DNA of 63,017 nt, filler included, from Rhabdomonas costata (taxonomy: Eukaryota), in assembly GCA_019059605.1 (NCBI GenBank). It is 51 parts of 51 records of this genome, joined end to end, with 100 filler letters (N's around TTAATTAATTAA, not from the genome) between each part and the next. Parts side by side here need not be neighbours in the genome. Positions count along the whole stretch, not along the records: positions 49,512 to 50,654 come from JAHMHO010026751.1; positions 50,755 to 51,891 come from JAHMHO010026752.1; positions 51,992 to 53,128 come from JAHMHO010026753.1; positions 53,229 to 54,365 come from JAHMHO010026754.1; positions 54,466 to 55,602 come from JAHMHO010026755.1; positions 55,703 to 56,838 come from JAHMHO010026756.1; positions 56,939 to 58,075 come from JAHMHO010026757.1; positions 58,176 to 59,307 come from JAHMHO010026758.1; 43 more parts are not named here. One strand, written 5' to 3'. Within the stretch, counting starts at the first letter, position 1, and each line of letters opens with the position of its first letter. Below are positions 49,624 through 60,289 of the stretch, piece by piece. Position numbers and translations under genes: made by a program. Below the pieces are notes generated by a model that was given only the letters and a program-made list of their open reading frames with translations, did no database searches and was not told where the DNA came from.

Positions 49624-51066
49624 TGCAAGCACGCGGAGGCACGCGGCGGGCAAGCTGAGGAGCACACACATGGCTGAAGAGCGGGGTTGAGGTGGTGCAG
49701 GGTGGGCCTCCGGTGATCTGATCTGTTCAGAATGTAGGTCCTTCCGACCCGGCGGTTGGCTGCTCTTTCATGCATGGACAGGGAGCTCTTCTGGCGCGTC
49801 CACTGTGCCGCAGATCCCTATTATTAGTCTTGGGGGGGGGGGAGGCTGAGGAGAATTTGAGAATATATCCCTTCCGGTTTCATAGAAAGAAGCAGAAGTA
49901 TTCGAGGCCAACAAACCGCAAAAGCAGTGCAAACCCTCCGCGAGCCCAGCTTTAGACGAGGACATCCATGGGAGACAGGCCCAGCTGCTGCAGCGGCGCA
50001 AGCGCAACAAAAGGGGGGGTGAGCATGAAAATTTAACCCAAGGTCTCTCTCTCTCTCTCTCTCTCCCGGGTTGCCTAGAGAAAACCCGTCACCGTCCGAA
50101 ACGAAGCGAGAAGAGTTCGCACGATCACTTGCTTGTCATTGGAGAGATCCACCCACAGAGATGCACCCATTTCGTGCAAGCGAGCTAGAACAGGGAGGGG
50201 AGCAAGTGAGGGGGAGGGGTCACGTGCTGCGGTTCCCCAGGTACGAATCGGCCTCTTTTTCAGTTGCCTCTCTGCTGCGCTACGCGCTCCAACACTTCCA
50301 CTATTCCCCCGACGGCGTTTGCTTAAGTGTGAGAGGCCAGCAGTTGTTCCGCACCCCCAACATACTCAGAAACCAACCTCCACATGGCAGAGGCGAGACA
50401 GCGGGTGCGGAACCCAAAGAGCGAATTGCTGACACGACAACACCTCCAAATGGAGATTCAGACCCACTCTCCATTCTCCAAGGCAAAGGCCCAACGGTGC
50501 GGCTCGTGAAGAGAAGCCCCCAGCCGCCCAAATTAAGAACGGCAGGTCAGGTCGTGTCTTGCGCTCTTTGCGACAGTTTTTCTTGCCTTCCTGTGCATTC
50601 TTTGGCCCATTTTCCCTCATTGAACACAGCAACTTTTTTCTTGTCAACACAAAANNNNNNNNNNNNNNNNNNNNNNNNNNNNNNNNNNNNNNNNNNNNTT
50701 AATTAATTAANNNNNNNNNNNNNNNNNNNNNNNNNNNNNNNNNNNNNNNNNNNNTTTTGTTTTGCCTTTAGCCTGTCATTGCTGCCCATTGTAACCATCG
50801 TAACTGGTGTGCAAATAGTTTGATTCTCAATTGTCTGCTTCAGTTTCCTTCTTCCTTAAGTTTCTCCCGATATCCCGCACAACGTCCGCAGTCATCATTT
50901 TGTATCTCTGTGCATATGATGCACGAGCTAGCATTGTGCACAAGAGCTGTGGTGTGCAACAGGAAGACTCCTGATTAGTGAGTGAGGGATGAACGCTGCG
51001 TGTGCCATATTATGGTGTCTCCTTGTTGGGCAGGAGGAGGAGGAGGAGGGGGGGTGTTTCGCTTAG

Positions 51067-51770
51067 GTGCCAGATCAACTCTCTGAACTACCACACCCCA
51101 TCCTTTGAGATGCGGCTGAACGATGCGATGTTCTCGCAGAACGGGCTGTGCGGCTACGTCCTCAAGCCAGAAAGCATGCGGCACCCCACCGCCCGGCTGC
51201 AGACCTGGTGCGTATGTACGGATCGTTTGCCTAGCCCACTCACGCACGTACCACACCAGCCCAGCATCAAGTTTCTGTGTGCTTGTGTGTGTGTGTGCGT
51301 GTGCGTGCGAGGAGGGTTCGAAGCCAAGCACTGCGTCGTTCGCCAACCGCAACCTTGCAACAGCAGAATCACGTCTGCTCACTTGGTCGTCCCGCCCCTC
51401 AGCACCATGGCTTTGAAGATTTTTGCCTAATCGTATTCTATCTATTCTGCTGCCTTCTCTGAAGTTGCCCTACAGCTTGCCGTGCACAGCGAGAAGTGGC
51501 ATCTTTAGTTCTTAGTCTCCTTGTGCTGTGTATGCAGTTCTCGCGTATAGGGGTATATGCCCCACCGTTTTTTTAAAAACTTTTTATATGCGCTTTTTCA
51601 GGACCCAGGATGCTGTCACTGTTACTGTGCGAGTGATCAGCGGGATCGAGGTGTACGGGATTTCTCGGATTGCCAAGGAGCAAATGGGCTCAGTGGATCC
51701 CTTTGTTGAGCTGAAGATCTCTGGAATGCCAATCGACAACACACAGGAGGGGGTGCACAAGACTCAAGTG
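51067..51770 (+). CDS. Phosphoinositide phospholipase C, end of Y domain and start of C2 domain, two exons
   Basis: Exons 51067-51207 (CQINSLNYHTPSFEMRLNDAMFSQNGLCGYVLKPESMR) and 51602-51770 (VTVRVISG...DPFVELKISGMPID...HKTQV) join in phase 2. Confidence 0.92.
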
Positions 51771-52229
51771 GTACGCGAGTGCAAGAGGCTCATGGGAACT
51801 TTTTTGTCCCGCCTTGTTTTTGCTGGATTCTTCAGCCAGCTTGTTTATTCCTCTGAACATGTCAGTTTCCCGCTGTGTGTTTTCTTCCTACNNNNNNNNN
51901 NNNNNNNNNNNNNNNNNNNNNNNNNNNNNNNNNNNTTAATTAATTAANNNNNNNNNNNNNNNNNNNNNNNNNNNNNNNNNNNNNNNNNNNNGGTGGTTTG
52001 TGACAGATTCATTTTTGGAGTGCGCTTCCATGTACCGTCGATCAGCTTGCCCAGCAAGCGGGGAAAGGGGGGAGCTGATGTTATTGTGGAAATGTTTTGC
52101 TGAAGCCTTCCAATCCCTTTCTCGTGGTGGTCAGCACGAGCTTCAATGGTAGTCTTTCTGGCTGGGTTGGGGCAGAACGATGTCCCAGCGACCGCTGCTC
52201 CCGTCTAGTTGGAACCACCACAACAGGCA

Positions 52230-52740
52230 TTTGCATCTTTCCTTGGATACTGTTATGTTGAGTCCTATTACGTTGTATTAATCATTGTATCCCCTTGTAG
52301 CTTAATTTGATTGAGTAAATGTAAGCCACAACATGCCATTGCTTCGCAAGACTCGACCCGACTGATTAGTTGAGCGTGCGTCGATAAACTTGATATCCTG
52401 AATTTATGTTTGGAATACTGGGTGCCATTTTTGAATTGAGGATTCCGTAGTGCCGAAGACCTCAACAGTTCTGAAGTTCAACAGAAAGGGGGTCGGGACA
52501 CCGCTGATTGTTTCCATTGACATAGTTGTTTACAGGGAATTTCCGAAAAAGAAAGCAGTTTCTCAACGTGACCTTGTCATTGCTCCTATTTTCCTTGGCT
52601 TTCACATTCTCTTTTTCACCGTCGTTTAGCCCCCTCTGCTCACATTTTGATCCGGGTTGTTCATCGCCTGCAATTTCTTCAAATGGCCTTAAACGAGCGA
52701 AAGCTTCACCGTTTGCGCGAGATAGGGTCATGTAATTCGC
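52230..52740 (-). mobile_element. Degenerate, internally deleted LINE RT relic
   Basis: In order: LHDPISR / HLKKLQAMNNPDQ (LK..KA.GPD), ETISGVP..PFLLNF (SGV.QG..LSP.LFN, with QG lost), IQDIKFIDA (FADD), IGLNITVSK (GL.IN..K). Many stops and frameshifts. Confidence 0.55.
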
Positions 52741-53636
52741 ATGAATGTTGTGCATAAATCAGCATTGTTGTTTTGTAGATCCCAGCACAATGTTTCGGCT
52801 CGGTTACATGTGGATGTGGATTCTTTGCATTCCCTCTTCCTTTCTGGCCTGTTACCAATAAAAAAAAGTCCCTAAAGTCGCTAGATTCTCAAAGCAGTGC
52901 TGCAGGCGTGGTAAAAGCGGAACGCCGGACAGTTGCTCCTCTTCCACTTTGGGTTGTTGGCAGACGATGAATTCTAGGTCTCCGTCCCCTCGCTCTCCGC
53001 TTCGGAGGACTTCGATCATTTTCCAGGTGAAATCTTGCTTTCACTTAGCATTGAGTGAATGTGACCGTGTGCCCGACTGCTTCCCTGGACTTTCCGCTCC
53101 CCACCCCCCACCCCAAACACACCCACACNNNNNNNNNNNNNNNNNNNNNNNNNNNNNNNNNNNNNNNNNNNNTTAATTAATTAANNNNNNNNNNNNNNNN
53201 NNNNNNNNNNNNNNNNNNNNNNNNNNNNGGTGGGGGGGGGTTCATGTGCTAGAACATTTCTTGCGTCTGTGTACCCTTGAAATTGAACTTGAAATTGAAG
53301 GGAAATGGAAGCAACGGTACAAAAGAGGACATGAAAGGAGCTGTGCGGCTTTGCAGTCCCGCTGGGCTGTATGCGGGATGTTGTTTGTCACGCCTTGCTT
53401 CAAACGCTCCAAATTCTCTCATGTTAGCAAGTCGACCAAAGGACCGGTGACAGAACGTTGTTGAGTGCATGGGTGTGACGTTAGGTGTGGACAGCAGTCA
53501 TTGTTTAACCGCAGTGAACAGGCGAAATGGAAGAGAAAAACGGGTTTCATATGCTCCATCCGCCAAATGGATGCTCAAATTGTCGGGTTTCCATCCATCG
53601 CAGGCTCGTTTTACGCATTTTTTTGGCTTTCGAATA

Positions 53637-54342
53637 ATGGGAATCGGTGAGCCCTTAACTCTGCGATGCGGACAAGTCTTGCGCAACCGGCTGTGCAAGT
53701 CGGCCATGACGGAGGGTCTGGCTGACCACCCGAACCGCTCCACTCCCGAGCTGGAGGAGCTGTACCTGCGGTGGAGCCGCGGGGGTTGTGGGCTCCTGAT
53801 CACCGGCAATGTGCAGTTGGACCGCAGGTACATGGAGCGCCCTGGGAATGTCGCAATTGACGGATCTCAGGTGAGGGATTTCTGCGCTCTTGTTGTGGGT
53901 GGGGACGAGATGCTGCCTTCCGCAGGGCATGTGCTTCAGGTGGTTGGGAATAAGGCTTGCTGTGAGAGGTCCAAGAAGCGGGCAATGTGAGAACATTTGG
54001 CTGGTCAGGTTAATTGGAGGATAGGTTGGTGGGCAGCAATGTGGTTGAAGTGTGGTTGGTTTTCATTCGGAGATGGTCCTGATAAGTCCTGGCTCATCCG
54101 GCCATGATGTTCCATATGCGCACGCGGTCTGCAAGGGAGAGCACGGTATGCTATAATGTTCTTCCAAAGACTGCACGCTTATCTGCAGCAGTCACTGACA
54201 CTGCTCTCTTTTGAAGCTGACGCGTCGTCGCTTTACCCAGGACGAGGAGCAGCTTGCCCGGCTTCGAGCCCTGGCCAAGGCCTCGATGGCCGGGGGCAAC
54301 CAGTGCTGGGTCCAGCTCAGCCACGCGGGGCGGCAGTCCAAC
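53637..54342 (+). CDS. NADH:flavin oxidoreductase / Old Yellow Enzyme family, first two exons
   Basis: Exons 53637-53870 and 54241 to contig end: MGIGEPLTLRCGQVLRNRLCKSAMTEGLAD...LYLRWSRGGCGLLITGNVQLDRRYMERPGNVAIDGSQ|DEEQLARLRALAKASMAGGNQCWVQLSHAGRQ. Confidence 0.93.
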
Positions 54343-55006
54343 ACCAAACCAAACACACCCACCACNNNNNNNNNNNNNNNNNNNNNNNNNNNNNNNNNNN
54401 NNNNNNNNNTTAATTAATTAANNNNNNNNNNNNNNNNNNNNNNNNNNNNNNNNNNNNNNNNNNNNGGGGTGGGGTGGTGCAGAAGTCGCGGCAAGGTTAT
54501 GCAATGAGAAGGTATCGGTGAGCGAGAAGAATTCGTAGCACTGCTGCATCCTTAAGGGATAAGAAGTTTTGCATGCTACACCTGAGGGCATTAAGGACAT
54601 CAGAAGGCATTCGTGTACGTGCAGTTGTAGTTGTGCAAATGAGGGGTAGATGTATGGGCGGCGCACATTGGGCCGAAAACAGCTGCGCTGCTTTCCGGAT
54701 CCTTTTTCACCACCGCTACAGTGCCGACCCTACAGGTGGCTGTCCCAAGGACAGTGGAGTGCAGGCAATGGCATCCTTGAGTGCCGCACATTGAGGCAGG
54801 ACCCAGGCTTACACACCTGCAGGCCAACCGGGGTGTACACGCGCGGAGGGTTTGACACCGTGAAGAGTAATCTTAACGCCAGTCATGGTTCCCAAGGTCC
54901 CGCGTACACCCACGTTCATACTTCCCGAGGGGGACACGCCATTGTAGATTGAGAGTGGTCATCCGATATTTTTTGGCCATCCTATGGTCCATGTGCGCCC
55001 TCTCAG

Positions 55007-55500
55007 GTCCTTGGGGACATTCTCCGCCGGGCTGAGCTTCTGTTGCGGATGAACAGCTACTACGGCACTACAGTTCTGGCAGGTTTGTCCCTTTGCCCAA
55101 TGCACCTCTGGAAAGGCTTTCTTTGGAACGCTCCGTCTCATTACGGGGCTCGCTTGTCAGCAAGCCATCCTGCGGAGCAGCCCATCTCTACGGCTGCACA
55201 CTGCAAAATCCTCCTAGAAGGCCGCAAACCGGCTTGGTTTTCTTGGTTTTCTACAAGAGAACAAAGTGTAGGCTAGCACACCGTCCGCATGGATGCACGG
55301 TGGTTCGCCAGCAAACGCTTGAGTGTGCGTTTGTGTGTGTGCGTGTGCATCTCTGTGCTCAGACGGTGAGGTGCAGCAGCAGGGGGCGCGCGATGCCCTC
55401 TTTCTGGTGGACCGGGTGTACTGCTCGGGAGCCTTCGAGCGGGGCAGCCCCGTCTACGAGCTGCTCCCCGAGGCCATCGTCCTGCGCGACGAGAACGAAG
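55007..55500 (+). CDS. Degenerate class III nucleotidyl cyclase-like domain, C-terminal part, two exons
   Basis: Exons 55007-55082 and 55363-55500 join in phase 1: VLGDILRRAELLLRMNSYYGTTVLADGEVQQQGARDALFLVDRVYCSGAFERGSPVYELL versus canonical VIGD.VN.ASRLE.LNK.YGT.ILISE......R.LD.V.VKGK..P..VYEL. Confidence 0.75.
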
Positions 55501-56299
55501 GTCACGCTCGCCTGTTGTTGCTAGTGCCGGTATTCTTAATTTCAGAATTCACCCCATTGGCCAAGATCAGTGGCGTTGTGTGTTAAGAATCCCCACAAAA
55601 CCNNNNNNNNNNNNNNNNNNNNNNNNNNNNNNNNNNNNNNNNNNNNTTAATTAATTAANNNNNNNNNNNNNNNNNNNNNNNNNNNNNNNNNNNNNNNNNN
55701 NNCGGGACATCACGTTTCTGCGCACGATTAAGGCACGCTTTCCTCTTCTGGCCCTACTCTGTGTTGCCCCCTGTTGGCTGAATGAAATTGGGGCGAGTGG
55801 CGAAGAGCCCTGTGCACATGAACGTGCCTCAAAAATCAGGTAGAGAAACGTCGTTCTTCCATCGCGTTCGTTTTCAGAGCATCCGTTTCCTGCTCATTTT
55901 CCCAATTAACTTTCCCGTCGACCACTTTCCTTCAACTTGCGTTGCGCTTTTATTGTTTGTACCTTTTGCATATCCTTCTTCCAAACTCCCGCTCTAACTG
56001 TTGGTCCTTCTCAGTCTCTGTGTGAATTCTTGCCCCGAATTCTTGTCAGTCATTCTTTTCCGTGCCTCTGTGGTTTTTTAATACCTATCTTGAAAAAAGT
56101 CACCGTATGTTTGATGAAATGGCAAGCCCCTTTTTGACAGAAAAAGTATTCCTTTGCTCTTTTCCCTTTGCCCTGTGTCGGCTTTTGGGTGTTGGGAGTG
56201 ACTATCCCGGTATCCCTTTTTGAGGGAGATCCTATCAATTTCACAAGACGTGCGCAAGGGATGTTCTGAGGTCGGTTGCGCCGTCCACCCGCCGCGCAG

Positions 56300-56405
56300 T
56301 GGAAGTACCTCATTGTGGATGAGGCCCACAGGCTAAAGAACTTCGAGTGCCGCCTGATCCGCGAGCTCAAGCGCCTACACACCGGGAACCGCCTGCTGCT
56401 CACAG
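56300..56405 (+). CDS. SNF2-family chromatin remodeller exon (HELLS/LSH/DDM1-like), Walker B to motif III
   Basis: cag|[36 protein letters not shown]|gtcagc. [10 protein letters not shown] is characteristic of the Lsh/DDM1 subfamily. Confidence 0.88.
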
Positions 56406-58176
56406 GTCAGCCCATCCCCACCCGCCGGCCCAAAGGGCCGAAAGGAGCATCAGGGACGGAATGCGTATCCGATATCAATTGTAACAACACTGACTGGCGA
56501 ACTTTCGATTTTTGCCCGTCAGAAATTTCGGTTTCCTCTAAATGTTTATAGTGTAAGAGGGATAGGAAAACGGTGTCATAGCAAATCAGATGAAAATCTG
56601 AGGTCTGAGGTCTGAGGTAGCACGCCAATATTACTGCTGGCGGCGGTCGTCGTAACCAGTTGTAGCCGTTACCCCCCAAGGTCTTCAGCACCTTCTGAAG
56701 TGTCGCGGCAATCTGACAACCCCAAGTCCGGGCCTGTGCAACCAAATTCCACCACAAGATAATGATTTTGCCAACACCACGCAGGCACCCTGAGAAGAAA
56801 GAACCCTCCTACCTGCCGGTGGCCTTCTAACATCCAGANNNNNNNNNNNNNNNNNNNNNNNNNNNNNNNNNNNNNNNNNNNNTTAATTAATTAANNNNNN
56901 NNNNNNNNNNNNNNNNNNNNNNNNNNNNNNNNNNNNNNGTGGGGTTGGAGATGAGATGTGCGCCTGTCTCACGAGGAGTGTGCGAGCCCCACGCCAACTA
57001 TGAGGTCGGTTGTAGTTGTATGAACAGAGGAGAGTCATACACAAAGTACCACACCAGTACCAGTACCAGTACCGGAGATGTTTCAGTGTTGAACGAGTCG
57101 TTAGAAGCACACCTACTGTCATATTTTAACGATGAGTCGCCTCCAACAAGCTGCCTGCTTCCTGTTGCGCATTGTTCAGTAGTCCAGTTAGTGGTGTGGA
57201 GTCGTTAGAGGAATTACCAGGTGTGAGTCTGACGGAGTACACACCGAAAACAGATGTAAAATGTAATGGAAACCTACCAGCACTGTCATCAACGTGCGGT
57301 ACGCCAGTCGGAAGTTTCAACTCATGCATGACTCCCCTTCCAAATACCCTTCCAAATACGTTGCGAGAAGCAACGTTGGTAACACCATCAGCCTCCCGAA
57401 TAATGTGCGTTGCGTAGCTGTGGGACCATCTCCGGAATGCCAGCCTGAGTCTCTGCCGCGTGAATTACAGGCAGAGCCCCAGTTGGGCAACCCAATCTGG
57501 CTGTTTCTTGATTTGAGACAAGCAAAAATGGGCAGTACTTTATGGGATTTTGAGTCATCTGCTGACATACAAAGCGGAGCCATCGGCTCACTGATTGGTA
57601 GCCTCTCCAAGACACCGAGTTGCGAGATGCAGTCGGTTTCTCAGGTGGGCGTCTTTTCTTTGTTTCTTGTATTCAGGAGTGAGAATATGGAATGGCACAC
57701 TGTGAGTAGATGGTAGGAAAAATGGCACTTTGACCAACGACCCAAAAAATTGTTTCTTTATTACTATTCCTCAATGCTCCTCCCAATCCCTGAACCTGCA
57801 GCAAAATCAACCTTCTCTACCATTCATTTATCAGTGCTTACTGAACTATTAGGTCTAGCAGACGTTAGCAGTGACCCACACGAACCACCAGCTCCAAAAC
57901 CATTGCTTTTTCTACCACGTACATTTGGAAAGCGTCCTCGCCCTTCTGGATTCTGGCGCCTCGGACTGTTTCATCAGTGACAACACAGTAAAGGAGCTCC
58001 AGCTACCGCTGGACTGAAGCACCTCATTGCAGTGCTAGTGGCCAATGGGTAGAGTCTCTCCGTTAACACCCCACCNNNNNNNNNNNNNNNNNNNNNNNNN
58101 NNNNNNNNNNNNNNNNNNNTTAATTAATTAANNNNNNNNNNNNNNNNNNNNNNNNNNNNNNNNNNNNNNNNNNNNG

Positions 58177-58444
58177 GTGTTTTTCTTGTGTGTCTGTGGT
58201 TTGGTTTGCACTGGTCCTGTGATGACCTCGGGGGTGGTTGGGGTTGGCCAGGCAGTCCCTCTTCACGCGACAGGGCTTGTTTGCAAACCACCCCTTGTGC
58301 CCCGGAGGGAAGAACTGCAGCCCCTCGATGTCCTGAGAAAATATAGCCAGGAACTTCGCACGCCACGCCACCACCCATCCCACTCGCCTCCTCACCCATC
58401 ACAGGACCAGTGCAAACCAAACCACAGACACACAAGAAAAACAC
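58177..58444. repeat. Perfect 48-bp inverted repeat at contig start enclosing an exon, probable amplification fold-back
   Basis: 58177-58224 is the reverse complement of 58397-58444. Contig starts at 58176. Confidence 0.9.
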
Positions 58445-59300
58445 GCACACACATAGATTACAAAAGGACCACCCAAAGCATCTCATTGTGAACATTCTTC
58501 TCCTGCCCTTGTTTCTGAGAGATAAGGACGTCGAAGCGGGACGTTTCATAAGTGCAACGGCACCCCGAAACGCTCCGTCTTCGGACCGTTAACCCTCAGA
58601 CGGGCAACCACCCTTGCACGTGGACGGCTCTTCCTTCTCGTTTGTGCCTCGTCGTTTCCCTAAGCGCAGCGGGCCTTGTTTCAAACACTAGGGTTCTCTC
58701 TCGATGTCACAAGGTGGGGCCACACCAGGAAACCGCCAATTCCACATTGCACACATCCAAGTGTCCGGTGCCCCCAGCTAATCCTGCTATTAGGAAACGA
58801 GCCGATGCTCCCATGTGCGACTCCTCCCCCGCACCCTCCACCACCCTCCACCCTCAGAGACCTCGTATCCATCCGGAAAGAGCAAGGTATTTCTGGATAC
58901 GGAGGACTGCACCGGGTGTCATTGTCCTAATTTTGGGAGGACTCCAAGCAACCGAAAGCAATAAAATAACCTGCCCTCCCTCCGCCTGGTGAGATTATGA
59001 GGACAACTTCCACTCGGGTTTTCAGTCTGCTTCATACCAAAAGAGAACGCAACCACAACCAGTTCAGCAAGGCGAAACAAAGCCGAGCGGGAAGCCGCGT
59101 ACCACCAGTTCCACAGTCCAGTCCTCATGCACGACGTACTGCTGGGGCCCGTTGTCCTTGATCCATGCGAACCCCAACGGGTGTCTCTCCAGGCAGGCGT
59201 GCATCCGAGCCACGGCCACGGCCACGGCCAGCGCGCTTCCCCGAGAGAGGTTCGCGGCCCAACCCGCCGAGAACACCCCGCGGCCCCCAAAGCGGTACAC
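58227..59300 (-). CDS. PKDCC/VLK- or POMK-like atypical kinase, catalytic loop and activation segment, two exons
   Basis: Exons to 59103 and 58332-58227 join in phase 0: ALAVAVAVARMHACLERHPLGFAWIKDNGPQQYVVHEDWTVELV|DIEGLQFF...NKPCRVKRDCL versus the PKDCC pattern RLL..LAHSPLGSV...DFRP.QFV.....LKV.DLDD......PC....DC. Confidence 0.6.
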
Positions 59301-60196
59301 CACCCACNNNNNNNNNNNNNNNNNNNNNNNNNNNNNNNNNNNNNNNNNNNNTTAATTAATTAANNNNNNNNNNNNNNNNNNNNNNNNNNNNNNNNNNNNN
59401 NNNNNNNGGGGTGCAATTACTTCAATGCCAAATAAGCCTTTCGGGCTGTTTTTGTGTTCATCGACATGAATGTCATGTTTTGGACGTCGATGTCTCTGAG
59501 TCGTGATTCAGCAATTACTTTTGATCCGCCGTGGTACCTAATGTCCCTGTGCCTGTGTGTGATGCTCTTTATACCCAATCTGGCTGTGGCAGCGGCCCAC
59601 GCAGTGCATTTTATTCGTCTCTCTCTCTCTCTCTCGGTCAGGAGCGGAGCGACGGTGAGCTTGGAATGGAAACAGCAAATTTATCATTTATAATTCTTGA
59701 GTACTTTGAGTACTCAGGAAAGAAGTTCTATAATTCAGGTTCTTTTCTCGTCTCCGTTGCCGCGTACTTCTTCTGCCTTTGGAAGACGAAGCTTGGAGGA
59801 CCCCAAGTCATAGTTTTATGGCATCCCCTGCCCTCTCGAGGAGAACACGGCTGTTACGGAATTTAGGCAAACAAACAAGTCCAGTTACGGAATTTCATTC
59901 TGTAACTGCTACAGCATCGTTGTCTTGTCGCCACAGTACCCACGCTTGCGCGGGAGCGTGGGATCCGATTCCCGAGCATTTGCACCCCACGTTCCTTCTT
60001 TTTTGTCGTCAATATAGCTCGTTGGAGATCCTTCTGGAATTCTGATTTTTCTCCTGAATTCTGATTATTCATCCAGCACTCGCCCCGTCTCCATTTCCTC
60101 CCCCTCCCCCCCTTTATTTTCTTTACACAGCTGTCCGATTTCGGTTGGTTTGGGGCTCAGGAGGAAAGGGAGGATGGCCGGTGAGCCACCGCGCAA

Positions 60197-60289
60197 ATGT
60201 CCAAGGGGAGGAAAGGCTTCGGACCGGAACGTCCTCAGCTTCAGCAGCAGCTCTTCTACGAAGCCTCGGAAGCAGCAACTCTGATCCAG
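60197..60289 (+). CDS. Possible exon ending in the start of an IQ motif
   Basis: MSKGRKGFGPERPQLQQQLFYEASEAATLIQ followed by a gtgcgt donor. Confidence 0.3.
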
